Below, one piece after another: positions 1-7,966 of a DNA stretch of 31,946 nucleotides (position 1 is its first letter; every line of letters starts with the position of its first letter). The stretch spans positions 1 to 31,946 of the forward strand of contig CALBUD010000049.1 of assembly GCA_937968065.1 (NCBI GenBank). The letters run 5' to 3'. Source of the stretch: Candidatus Iainarchaeum sp. Its GTDB lineage: Archaea > Iainarchaeota > Iainarchaeia > Iainarchaeales > CSSED10-239. The notes beneath the pieces are model-generated. The model searched no databases and had not been told where the DNA came from. It saw only the letters and a program-made list of their open reading frames with translations. The position numbers and the translations under genes were made by a program.

Positions 1-2
1 TT

Positions 3-1739
3 TTAAGTTTTAATTCTTTTTGATTTTATATCATAAAGCATTTTTTGTTCTTCTTCTGTAAGTTCATATATTATTTGTTCTAGTTTTTCTATAGATGAGT
101 TTGGAACATACACTGATAAAATATCTTCTTCTTTAAAATCTTTTAAAAAAGAAGCACCTTTGATTGAAACTGCAGCTTCTTTTTCTTTTTCTAAAAAATC
201 AAGTGATTTTCCTTCAGATTGTATATTTTCTATAACTCCTATTTCTTTATCTTTATTTAATATTTTTACACCAGAAAATAATCTTCCTTCAATAATTCTA
301 ACTCCAACAATTGCTGGTTTATTTGTTCTAAATACATGGTTTTTTAAAATTTTAAATTTACATGGAAAAACAATTTCTTTTAGAAGCTTATCTTTTTCTT
401 GTTTATTTTCTTTTAAAAGCCAATCATCATAATCTTCTATTAATTTATAAATAATATTATTTTTAAAAACAGGTATTTTTTCTTTATTAATTTCTTCTAA
501 AAGTTCTTTTGAAATTTCTGCATTAAATAAAAATAAAACTCCTTTTTTTTTATTTTGTTGATGTAAAACTTTAAGTTCTAAAACATCTTTTTGAGTTATA
601 GGACCAATATCTGCTTTTGCAATACACACATTATTTTTTGAAAGTAATTTTGTTAAAGCTTCTAAAGAACCTAAAGTATCTGTTTTTACAAAAGCACCTT
701 CTATGTCAGATACAAAACAACTTAATGGTTTTTCTTTAAGTCTTGAAACTGCATCTATATCTTCTGAAGACACAATTATACTTCCAGGCATACATTTTTC
801 AAGTTCTGGAGCTACAATTTTAACTCCGCTTGCTGAAGATACAAAATTTACATTTTTATAATCTCTTTTTTTGTTTATTGCACTCATTATATTTAACTTT
901 AATAAAGATTTTATTTTTGTTTCAACAATTCCATCTTTTGATAAAAAAGAAATTTTGTCTTTAACTCTTAAAACTCCTTGATAAATTATAACATCTATTG
1001 TTTTTCCAATACCTTTTATTTCTCCAATTTCTAATATTGTTCCTTGTGCTTTTTGATTTGGATCAATTGTTATTTTTGAACCTAAAAACTTTTGAGAAAG
1101 AACAGAAAGAAACAAAATTGCTTCAGGCATACCATATTCTTTTTCACAAGAGGTTGGAATAATTACAATTTGTTTTTTAAAATCTGTTATTCTATCAAAC
1201 CTTTCAGCAGAAAAACCTTTATCATATAATTGTCCAACAATCTTGTATATTTTTTCATCAATTTTTTCAATAGTTGATTTTGATTGTAATTCTAAAGCTT
1301 TTGAAACATCTTTTTGTTCTTGATAATATCCTGAAATTAAATCTATTTTATTTGCTAAAATAATAAAAGGGACTTTATACATTTTTAAAATTTCTAAAGT
1401 TTCAATATCTTGTGTTTGAAGTCCTTTATTAATATCAACAACTAAAACAACAAGGTCTGCTAAAGACCCTCCTCTTTCTCTTAAATTATCAAAAGCATTA
1501 TGTCCTGGAGTATCTATAAATAAAAGTCCAGGAAGTTGTATTTCATAATTAAATTTTTTTGCAAGATGAGAAGATAATTTTAAAATAATATCTAAAGTAA
1601 TCTCTGTCGCACCAATGTGCTGAGTTATTTTTCCAGCTTCTAGTTTTGTAACACTTGTTCCTTTTATTTTATCTAGAAAAGTTGTTTTTCCAGAATCAAT
1701 ATGTCCCATAATAGTTATTATAGGTTGTCTATACAACAA
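3..1739 (-). CDS. infB: translation initiation factor aIF5B (IF-2 family GTPase)
   Basis: N-terminal G domain with P-loop GHIDSGKT, DTPGH and NKID motifs. Length and position after eL8-eS28-eL24 are typical of archaea. No ATG lies upstream of the P-loop strand. The ORF opens with tandem TTG codons (1739 and 1736) just after AAAGGTGAT, so a TTG start is likely and the exact start is uncertain by one codon. Confidence 0.92.
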   Translation of the reverse strand: MLYRQPIITIMGHIDSGKTTFLDKIKGTSVTKLEAGKITQHIGATEITLDIILKLSSHLAKKFNYEIQLPGLLFIDTPGHNAFDNLRERGGSLADLVVLVVDINKGLQTQDIETLEILKMYKVPFIILANKIDLISGYYQEQKDVSKALELQSKSTIEKIDEKIYKIVGQLYDKGFSAERFDRITDFKKQIVIIPTSCEKEYGMPEAILFLSVLSQKFLGSKITIDPNQKAQGTILEIGEIKGIGKTIDVIIYQGVLRVKDKISFLSKDGIVETKIKSLLKLNIMSAINKKRDYKNVNFVSSASGVKIVAPELEKCMPGSIIVSSEDIDAVSRLKEKPLSCFVSDIEGAFVKTDTLGSLEALTKLLSKNNVCIAKADIGPITQKDVLELKVLHQQNKKKGVLFLFNAEISKELLEEINKEKIPVFKNNIIYKLIEDYDDWLLKENKQEKDKLLKEIVFPCKFKILKNHVFRTNKPAIVGVRIIEGRLFSGVKILNKDKEIGVIENIQSEGKSLDFLEKEKEAAVSIKGASFLKDFKEEDILSVYVPNSSIEKLEQIIYELTEEEQKMLYDIKSKRIKT

Positions 1740-1793
1740 AAATCACCTTTATATAAAATTTTAAAAAAAGATTTAAAAAAAAGAAAAAATAAA

Positions 1794-1988
1794 TTATTTT
1801 TTCTTTAAATGTCTTTCTTTTTCAACATGATACTTATTTGTCCATTTTGTTTTGTGTGCTTTATATTTTTTTTCTAAAACATTTATTTTACATTTACTTG
1901 AACAAAACATATAAGTAGTACCATCTTTCTTTGCATATAATATTCCTGTTCCTTTTAACATTGTTTTTCCGCAAAATGTACATTCCAT
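1794..1988 (-). CDS. rpl24e: ribosomal protein eL24 (L24e)
   Basis: 64 aa with a CTFCG...FCSSKC zinc-ribbon-like N-terminus and a KTKWT motif. GGTGAT lies 7 nt before the ATG. Conserved position after eS28. Confidence 0.9.
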   Translation of the reverse strand: MECTFCGKTMLKGTGILYAKKDGTTYMFCSSKCKINVLEKKYKAHKTKWTNKYHVEKERHLKKK

Positions 1989-1994
1989 TCAAAA

Positions 1995-2204
1995 TCACCT
2001 TGCTTTAATGTCTTTTGCTTCTGTTTCAGGATTCATTAATATTAATATGTCTCCTTTTTTAACATTACCTTTGACATTTCTTTTTTTTATTCTTCCTTTT
2101 TCAAAACCATCTATTACTCTACAAAGAACTTGAGTTGCTTCTCCTCTAGACCCTGTTCTACCTACAACATCTACAACTTCTGCAGGTATTCCTTCATCAG
2201 CCAT
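1995..2204 (-). CDS. rps28e: ribosomal protein eS28 (S28e)
   Basis: 69 aa. The stretch PAEVVDVVGRTGSRGEATQVLCRV...NVKGNVKKGDILIL is the characteristic S28e OB-fold sequence. Confidence 0.93.
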   Translation of the reverse strand: MADEGIPAEVVDVVGRTGSRGEATQVLCRVIDGFEKGRIKKRNVKGNVKKGDILILMNPETEAKDIKAR

Positions 2205-2216
2205 ATATTATCCACC

Positions 2217-2864
2217 TCATTCTTTGTTTTCTTCAGCTTTTTCTTCTTCAGCTTTTACTTTTTCTTCTTTAACTTCAGCTTTTGCTTCTTCAGCTTTTGG
2301 TTTTTCTTCTTTAACTTCAGCTTTTGCTTCTTCAGCTTTTGGTTTTTCTTCTTTAACTTCAGCTTTTGGTTTTTCTTCTTTAACTTCAGCTTTTACTTTT
2401 TCTTCTTTAACTTCAGCTTTTGGTTTTGCTTCAACCTTTGGTTTTTCTGTCTTTGGTTTTTCTACCTTTGGCTTTTCTTCTTTTACAACAGCTTTTTTAT
2501 CCCCAGATATTTCAGCAATTTTATCAAGTAAAGAAGATAATTCTTTTTGAAGAGAACCAGCATCTAAAATAGCTACACAACTTGCTTTTGCAGAAATTCC
2601 AACCATTTTTCCTAAATCATCTTTTGTTTTAACATAAGAAAAAGGAACTTTCTTTTCTTTAGAAATAATAGGTATATGCATTACAATTTCAACAGGAGAA
2701 ACATCTTCAGCAATTAAAATAAACTTTGCGTTTCCTCTTTCAATTGTTTTTGTAACTTCGTTTATACCAATTTTTATTTTTCCTGACTTTGAAATTTTCT
2801 TAATAGTTTCTTCTTGAAGAACTTTCAAATCATCAGGTACAGCGAATTTTATAAATTCAGACAT
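2217..2864 (-). CDS. rpl7ae: ribosomal protein eL8 / L7Ae (kink-turn RNA binding) with a long repetitive Lys/Glu C-terminal tail
   Basis: The core contains GINEVTKTIERGNAKFILIAEDVSP...PFSYVKTKDDLG. I moved the start to ATG 2864 (MSEFIKF), which has AAGGAGG 9 nt upstream; the track start at 2873 is a TTG. About 93 extra C-terminal residues follow the core. Confidence 0.9.
   Translation of the reverse strand: MSEFIKFAVPDDLKVLQEETIKKISKSGKIKIGINEVTKTIERGNAKFILIAEDVSPVEIVMHIPIISKEKKVPFSYVKTKDDLGKMVGISAKASCVAILDAGSLQKELSSLLDKIAEISGDKKAVVKEEKPKVEKPKTEKPKVEAKPKAEVKEEKVKAEVKEEKPKAEVKEEKPKAEEAKAEVKEEKPKAEEAKAEVKEEKVKAEEEKAEENKE
2220..2498 (-). repeat. in-frame tandem repeat encoding the L7Ae tail: unit AEVKEEK(P/V)K about five times, interspersed with AEEAK
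   Basis: The DNA shows reiterated cttcagcttttggtttttcttctttaa / cttcagcttttgcttcttcagc blocks. The translated tail is KAEVKEEKVKAEVKEEKPKAEVKEEKPKAEEAKAEVKEEKPKAEEAKAEVKEEKVKAEEEK. Confidence 0.85.
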
Positions 2865-2995
2865 GACAAACAACCTCCTTATAATGTCATTGGTTTTTTA
2901 GTTTTTTTTAAAAAAAGAACTATAATATATATTATATATACAAAAAGGTATTTAAACATTAAGTTTTTTATAAAAAAATAGAATTAAGAAAAAAA

Positions 2996-3724
2996 CTATT
3001 TCTTTTTCCAATAATCACGAAAATGAGATAAAAGAGCATTTGCAAGAGAAGGATTGTTCTCTAAAACAGTTAAGTTATATGCTTTTTTAGGAGAAGAAAG
3101 ATCATTTAAAGCCATAATAACCTTCTTTCTATCAAGAACAAAAGCATCCATAGAATGATCTGTTTCTTGCACTGAAAAGTGTTTAGGAAACTCATACATT
3201 TTAACCATAGGTTTAGTTAAAATATTTACTGATATATTTTTATTTGTTAAAATAGATTTTAAAGAATCTATTCTTTCATCAAGATTTGTAAAACCATGAA
3301 TTTCTTTTTCTGCAGTTTCAAATTCTTGAGATAAAAATTTATTATAATCTTTTATATTATCAACTTGAAGAACTTTTTCAGGTGTTTTTGAAACATAAGA
3401 AGACCAATTAGAATTTAAAATAACATCATCTACTTTTTTTGAAAGAGTGTGAAGTTCATTTTGTCTTAAATCTAAAAGACCTTTAAAAATTTCTTCAGGA
3501 TTTACTATTTTATATGTTTTTGGACTTTTATAAACTTCTAAAACAAAGCCACGTTCTTTTAATTTATCTAAAACATCATAAATTCTTGTTTTTGGTATTT
3601 CTGAATTTCTACTAATTGTAGGAGCATCAGATTCTGAAAATTTAAATAAAGTAACAAGTGCTTTTGCCTCATATTCAGTTAAGTTAAGTTCTTTTAAAAG
3701 AGCAACTAAATAATTATCTTTCAT
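2996..3724 (-). CDS. TrmB-family transcriptional regulator (N-terminal winged HTH plus C-terminal domain)
   Basis: The N-terminus LKELNLTEYEAKALVTLFKFSESDAPTISRNSEIPKTRIYDVLDKLKERGFV matches the TrmB/Lrp-like wHTH pattern. GTGAT lies 5-6 nt before the ATG. Confidence 0.7.
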   Translation of the reverse strand: MKDNYLVALLKELNLTEYEAKALVTLFKFSESDAPTISRNSEIPKTRIYDVLDKLKERGFVLEVYKSPKTYKIVNPEEIFKGLLDLRQNELHTLSKKVDDVILNSNWSSYVSKTPEKVLQVDNIKDYNKFLSQEFETAEKEIHGFTNLDERIDSLKSILTNKNISVNILTKPMVKMYEFPKHFSVQETDHSMDAFVLDRKKVIMALNDLSSPKKAYNLTVLENNPSLANALLSHFRDYWKKK

Positions 3725-3736
3725 TTTTTATCACAC

Positions 3737-3766
3737 TTGAGTATTTATTATTACCATTTAACTCAA
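3737..3766. promoter_or_regulatory. inverted repeat TTGAGT-N18-ACTCAA between a TATA-like element (about 3783-3792) and the TrmB-family gene start
   Basis: 6-bp perfect arms read directly from the sequence. The position overlaps where a transcription start would be expected. It is a candidate autoregulatory operator. Confidence 0.3.
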
Positions 3767-3818
3767 TAAAATTAACTATTACTATATATAAATAATACAC
3801 AAACATTTATATATATAT

Positions 3819-4625
3819 TCATTTTTTAAAAGATTTTCTTACAAATCTTGGTTTTTGTCTTCTACCATCTTTAGAATCGTCTTCTTTTTTATCTTCTAAA
3901 GATAATACAAAGTCATCAATTTTATAATTATAATCTTTTTCTGATTTTATAAATCCATGTTTAAGTTCTATTTCTCTATTTAAAAGCCAAAAGAAAAGAC
4001 CAACAGATTTACGACCCTTATTATTAAAAGGTATTAAAAGATCAATATTTCTTACATTACTTGATGTTGTTGCAAGAGCAATTATTGGAACTCTAATTTT
4101 GGTTGCTTCTAAAATTGCTTGACGATCAATATTTGGATCAACAACAAAAATTAATTTTGGTTCAATAAAATGTTCTGATTCTGGATTTGTAAAAGTTCCA
4201 GGAATAAATCTTCCTAATTTTATTTTATAATTAAAAGTTCTTTCAAGTAAACTTAATCCAAAGGAGGCATATTTTTTTCTTGAAACAAAAACAACATCTT
4301 CTGGTTTAAATTTTGATAAAAAATTAATTGCAGTTTTTATTCTTTGATCAATTATTTGAACATCCATTACATTTAATTTATCGCTTCTTGATTTAAAAAT
4401 AAATCTTCTCATTCCACCATTTTTATATTTAGTTCCTATATGGATACCATTTTTAAGATAAAGATCAATATTTACAAGTGTTTTTTGATTTTTATCTTCA
4501 TGGGTTTTTTGAAAAGATTCTACAGTTTTAGATTTTGGTAAATTTTTTTCTTTAACCTCTTCTTCTATTGAAACATTATCAAAACTTTTGCTTTCAGACA
4601 TTTTATTTTTTTGGATTTTACTCAT
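3819..4625 (-). CDS. rps2: ribosomal protein uS2 with N- and C-terminal extensions
   Basis: The core contains GIHIGTKYKNGGMRRFIF...FIPGTFTNP...VVDPNIDRQAILEATKIRVPIIALATT. It has about 50 extra N-terminal and about 45 extra C-terminal charged residues. The stop codon is TGA. Confidence 0.9.
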   Translation of the reverse strand: MSKIQKNKMSESKSFDNVSIEEEVKEKNLPKSKTVESFQKTHEDKNQKTLVNIDLYLKNGIHIGTKYKNGGMRRFIFKSRSDKLNVMDVQIIDQRIKTAINFLSKFKPEDVVFVSRKKYASFGLSLLERTFNYKIKLGRFIPGTFTNPESEHFIEPKLIFVVDPNIDRQAILEATKIRVPIIALATTSSNVRNIDLLIPFNNKGRKSVGLFFWLLNREIELKHGFIKSEKDYNYKIDDFVLSLEDKKEDDSKDGRRQKPRFVRKSFKK

Positions 4626-4652
4626 TTATATTCACTTTTAATTATTTACTTC

Positions 4653-4847
4653 TTAATTGTATTTCATAATATCATCTATCACATCGACTTGAGAGATATA
4701 CATTCTTCTACAACAATATTTTTTAACACCTAAATTATCTAAAATTTCTTTAGGACTTAATTTTTTTTCAGAAACTTGTTTTAAAAATTCTTCATAATTG
4801 TGAGCAACAACTTGTCCACATGAAAAACATCTTATAGGAATAATCAT
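4653..4847 (-). CDS. rpoN: DNA-directed RNA polymerase subunit Rpo10 (RpoN)
   Basis: 64 aa with MIIPIRCFSCG...KKYCCRRM zinc-binding motifs. Canonical position after uS9. Confidence 0.92.
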   Translation of the reverse strand: MIIPIRCFSCGQVVAHNYEEFLKQVSEKKLSPKEILDNLGVKKYCCRRMYISQVDVIDDIMKYN

Positions 4848-4854
4848 TAATTAC

Positions 4855-5262
4855 TCACCTCTTAGATTTTTGTTTTTTCTTTCTAGCACCAACACCTAAT
4901 TGTTTTTTAGGTTCTTTATTTCTAACATCATCAATTAGAAAATGTCTATCATATTTTAAAAATTTATCTTTAATAATTTTTTTATTTCCTGTTGCTGCAA
5001 CAATTCCTTTTGCAATACAGCTTCTAATTGCTTGTAATTGACCAGAAAAACCACCACCAGAAACATTAATAGAATAATTAAATTTAATAAATTCTTCTGG
5101 TGCAATTTTACTTGGTTCTAAAACCATAGCTTTCTTATATCCTGTTGGATAAATTGCATCAAGAGACATATTATTAATTCTTACTTCTCCTTTTCCTGGT
5201 TTTATGATTGCTCTTGCAACTGCGTTTTTTCTAGTTGATTTTACTATATAATTTTTTGCCAT
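4855..5262 (-). CDS. rps9: ribosomal protein uS9
   Basis: Contains GGGFSGQLQAIRSCIAKG, and the C-terminus ends in KR. GTGATATTTT lies before the ATG. Confidence 0.92.
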   Translation of the reverse strand: MAKNYIVKSTRKNAVARAIIKPGKGEVRINNMSLDAIYPTGYKKAMVLEPSKIAPEEFIKFNYSINVSGGGFSGQLQAIRSCIAKGIVAATGNKKIIKDKFLKYDRHFLIDDVRNKEPKKQLGVGARKKKQKSKR

Positions 5263-5276
5263 AAAATATCACATCT

Positions 5277-5693
5277 TTAATTAAATATTTTTGCACCTAA
5301 TCTTTTTGAAATTTCTTCAAGTGTTAAAAAATTAATATTTTTTAATTTTGTAGGTTCAGGTATTTTTTCTTTAAAATTTTCAGGAACATCAATATACACT
5401 TTTAAATTTTTTAAAGCAACAACACCTCTTGGTTTTCTAGGAAGCATTCCTCTAACTCCTCTTTTTACCATAAGATCAGGATATCTTGGGTATTTAGGAT
5501 TATTTCTAGGATTACCTTTTCCTCCTCTTTCTGTTCTTTCAAAAAATCTTTCAAAAATACTATCTTTGTTTCCACTAATAACTACTTTTCTTGCATTAAC
5601 AACAATAATTTTTTCATTATACTTTAAAAGTTTTTCTGCAATTTCTGAACAAAGTCTTCCATAAACTTTATTTTCACCATTTATTACAATCAT
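5277..5693 (-). CDS. rpl13: ribosomal protein uL13
   Basis: Contains GRLCSEIAEKLL...VVNARKVVISG...MLPRKPRG. Position between eL18 and uS9. Confidence 0.92.
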   Translation of the reverse strand: MIVINGENKVYGRLCSEIAEKLLKYNEKIIVVNARKVVISGNKDSIFERFFERTERGGKGNPRNNPKYPRYPDLMVKRGVRGMLPRKPRGVVALKNLKVYIDVPENFKEKIPEPTKLKNINFLTLEEISKRLGAKIFN

Positions 5694-5708
5694 TTTTATT
5701 CACCATAA

Positions 5709-6071
5709 TTATTTAACAATAACTGTTTTTTTAACATCTATATTATCTTTTGTAAGATCAATTAAAGATTTTGCATTAGATTTTAATTTTTCTTTTGCTG
5801 TTTTTGAAAAACTATACGCATAAACAACAATTTTTTTATTTGTAAAACCAACACCTAAAACTTTTCCTGCAACAATTACAATTGATCCATCATTTATATT
5901 TTTTAAAGAATCAAGTTTTGATAAATTTACAGAAACTTCTCTTCTTTTCGCTGTATCTAAAATTTCTGCAGTTCTTTTATAAACTTCTTTTTTCTTTTCT
6001 TTATATGCTTTATAAAGTAAATCAATTATTTCTTTTTTATAAATATTTTTTAAATTTTTTTTAACTGTCAT
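5709..6071 (-). CDS. rpl18e: ribosomal protein eL18 (L18e)
   Basis: Contains EVSVNLSKL...VIVAGKVLGVG...YAYSFSKTAKEKL. I moved the start to ATG 6071 (MTVKKN), which is preceded by GAGGT; the track start at 6086 is TTG. Confidence 0.8.
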   Translation of the reverse strand: MTVKKNLKNIYKKEIIDLLYKAYKEKKKEVYKRTAEILDTAKRREVSVNLSKLDSLKNINDGSIVIVAGKVLGVGFTNKKIVVYAYSFSKTAKEKLKSNAKSLIDLTKDNIDVKKTVIVK

Positions 6072-6107
6072 AAATAATAACCTCAATAAACTTTAAATAT
6101 TAAAAAA

Positions 6108-6189
6108 TGCAGGGGACAGGATTCGAACCTGCGAAGCACTAAGCACAGGATCTTAAGTCCTGCCCCTTTGACCACTCGGGAACCCCTGC
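6108..6189 (-). tRNA. tRNA-Leu, anticodon UAA (class II, long variable arm)
   Basis: The reverse complement GCAGGGGTTCCCGAGTGGTCAAAGGGGCAGGACTTAAGATCCTGTGCTTAGTGCTTCGCAGGTTCGAATCCTGTCCCCTGCA folds as a cloverleaf. It has a 7-bp acceptor stem, anticodon stem CAGGA/TCCTG with loop CTTAAGA, and a T-loop GGTTCGAATCC. No CCA is encoded, and a T6 run follows the discriminator. It is a GC-rich island in AT-rich DNA. Confidence 0.9.
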
Positions 6190-6200
6190 TTTTTAAATAA

Positions 6201-6938
6201 TTATTTTAATTTCTTTTTTAAAATTCCTATATTTTCTTTTAAATATCTATCTGATAATTTAAATAAATCTTTTGAATTGATTTGACCAATAAGTTCTACA
6301 GATAATATATAATTATTGGTAGGATTAATTTTTAAACACTTTTTATCACAAGATTCAACTTGAGATACACAAAAGTCATAATTATCAGGATTAATAACAA
6401 TATTTTTATTTGATTCTGATTTGATTGCAGTTTTAGAAGCTTTTTCAAAAACTTTTTTACACTCTTCACAACTTCTAGAAGTTTCAAGCTCATAAAGTTG
6501 AGCGTAAGACACTATTGCAGGTATATGTTTTACATGATCTTTTCCTTTTCCTAAAACAGCATAAGCTAAAAGTTTGATGTTTTCTTCTTCATTTAATTTT
6601 GTTAAAGGAATTGTATCATAAACCATTTTTATATCAGAATCATTTGATATAAAATCACTAGTATAAACTGTTTTTGGACCATTAACCTCTAGATTAAAAG
6701 TAACTTTTTTACCTGTATTTAAAAGAGGTGTTTTAATTGGTGAAAGTGCAATTCTATTTGAAAGCATTTCATCAAAAACAACAGATGAATTTTCATAAAA
6801 ATCAATTTCATCAATTGCATAGATTGGAAGATAATAACTTAAAGTTCTTCTAATTGTATTTAAAGTTACATGATCTGTATTTTCAATTAAATATTTAAAG
6901 ATTTTATTATCTTTTTCTAAAGATTTTACTTTCACCAT
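6201..6938 (-). CDS. rpoD: DNA-directed RNA polymerase subunit Rpo3 (RpoD)
   Basis: Contains TLNTIRRTLSYYLPIYAIDEIDFYENSSVVFDEMLSNRIALSPIKT and a Cys-containing middle domain (CEEC...C...CDKKC). Position after uS11. Confidence 0.88.
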   Translation of the reverse strand: MVKVKSLEKDNKIFKYLIENTDHVTLNTIRRTLSYYLPIYAIDEIDFYENSSVVFDEMLSNRIALSPIKTPLLNTGKKVTFNLEVNGPKTVYTSDFISNDSDIKMVYDTIPLTKLNEEENIKLLAYAVLGKGKDHVKHIPAIVSYAQLYELETSRSCEECKKVFEKASKTAIKSESNKNIVINPDNYDFCVSQVESCDKKCLKINPTNNYILSVELIGQINSKDLFKLSDRYLKENIGILKKKLK

Positions 6939-6972
6939 AAATAATCACTATAAATTTATTTTTTTAAAAATT

Positions 6973-7359
6973 TTAATCCTTTCTATGAGATTTCTTTTTT
7001 CTACAACCATCATGAGGAATTGGTGTTGTGTTTAAAATACTTAATATTCTTAAACCATGTCTTGTTAAAGATTTAATTGATGGTTCTGCACCTTGTCCTG
7101 GATTATAATAAAGATTACCTCCAGGAGCTCTAATCTTTACATGAACTTCTTTAATTCCTTTTTCTCTTGCTTTTTCTGCAATTATTTGAGCCATTTTCAT
7201 AGCAATATAAGGAGATCCTTCTTTATGTTGTGATTTTGTTAATTGACCACCAGAAGATTTTGCAATTATTTCAGCACCACTTTCATCAGTTAAAACCATG
7301 ATAGTATTATTTCTTGATGCAAAGATATTTACAATTCCAATTTTTTCTATAATCGCCAT
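6973..7359 (-). CDS. rps11: ribosomal protein uS11
   Basis: Contains GIVNIFASRNNTIMVLTD...VKIRAPGG...PIPHDGCR. I moved the start to ATG 7359 (MAIIEK), which is preceded by AGGAGTGA; the track start at 7368 is GTG. Confidence 0.9.
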   Translation of the reverse strand: MAIIEKIGIVNIFASRNNTIMVLTDESGAEIIAKSSGGQLTKSQHKEGSPYIAMKMAQIIAEKAREKGIKEVHVKIRAPGGNLYYNPGQGAEPSIKSLTRHGLRILSILNTTPIPHDGCRKKKSHRKD

Positions 7360-7360
7360 T

Positions 7361-7948
7361 TTATTCACTCCTTACATCCTCTTTTTTTTCAATAGTTTCT
7401 TTTTTTTCAGAAATTTCTTTTTTGTCTTTAATTATAGGTTTACCTTTCTTTTCACTCATTTTTTCAATCATATCTTTTATTTGAGTATTTGAGTAAGATA
7501 TAGATTCATTTGCATTAATTATTGACCCTGGAACTTTTCTAACCTTTCCGTTTATAGCAATGTGTCCGTGAGTAATTATTTGTCTTGCTTGAGAAGGTGT
7601 TAAGGCAAGTCCTTTTCTAAAAACCAAAGTTTGAAGTCTTCTATCAAGATAATCAGTTAAACTTAATTTTAAAACATCTTCAATTTTATGTTCTTTTGTA
7701 AAAATTCCTAATCTTACAAGTTTATTTAAAAGTTCATCTTTCCTTGTACTGTAGTCATCCACTCTTCCAGCAAGTAAAAGTCTTGCTCTTTTTCTAAAGT
7801 TTCTAACTTCTGTTTCTGCTTTCCAAAGTTCTTTTTTTCTTCTAAGACCATATTCTTCAAATAATTGTTTATCTGTTCTTATTTTTTGTTTATTCCATTT
7901 CATTCTAGGAACATCATATTTTCTATCAAGTCTTTTTGGGTCACCCAT
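7361..7948 (-). CDS. rps4: ribosomal protein uS4 (short Lys/Glu C-terminal extension)
   Basis: Begins MGDPKRLDRKYDVPR and contains the S4 domain LDRRLQTLVFRKGLALTPSQARQIITHGHIAINGKV. Confidence 0.92.
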   Translation of the reverse strand: MGDPKRLDRKYDVPRMKWNKQKIRTDKQLFEEYGLRRKKELWKAETEVRNFRKRARLLLAGRVDDYSTRKDELLNKLVRLGIFTKEHKIEDVLKLSLTDYLDRRLQTLVFRKGLALTPSQARQIITHGHIAINGKVRKVPGSIINANESISYSNTQIKDMIEKMSEKKGKPIIKDKKEISEKKETIEKKEDVRSE

Positions 7949-7966
7949 AAATAATCACATTAAATT

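Noticed and set aside
160-432. Plus-strand ORF of 90 aa inside infB
   Set aside because: It is antisense to a confidently identified GTPase gene. The translation is Phe/Ser/Leu-rich, as expected from reading a Lys/Glu/Asn-rich AT-rich gene backwards. It has no start-site motif.
1707-1760. TATA-like TTTATATAAA only about 10 nt upstream of the infB ORF, suggesting an internal ATG (1709, MGHIDSGKT) as a leaderless start
   Set aside because: Starting at that ATG would remove the beta-strand that precedes the P-loop in all translational GTPases. AAAGGTGAT followed by TTG TTG fits the SD spacing seen elsewhere, so a TTG start on a read-through transcript is more plausible. The question remains open.
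2130-2550. Two plus-strand ORFs (133 and 108 aa) with striking FFFF/SSAF repeats
   Set aside because: They are the antisense reading of the L7Ae Lys/Glu tandem repeat and of eS28. The periodicity comes from the L7Ae tail repeat, not from an independent gene or a CRISPR-like array: there are no unique spacers and the repeat is in frame with L7Ae.
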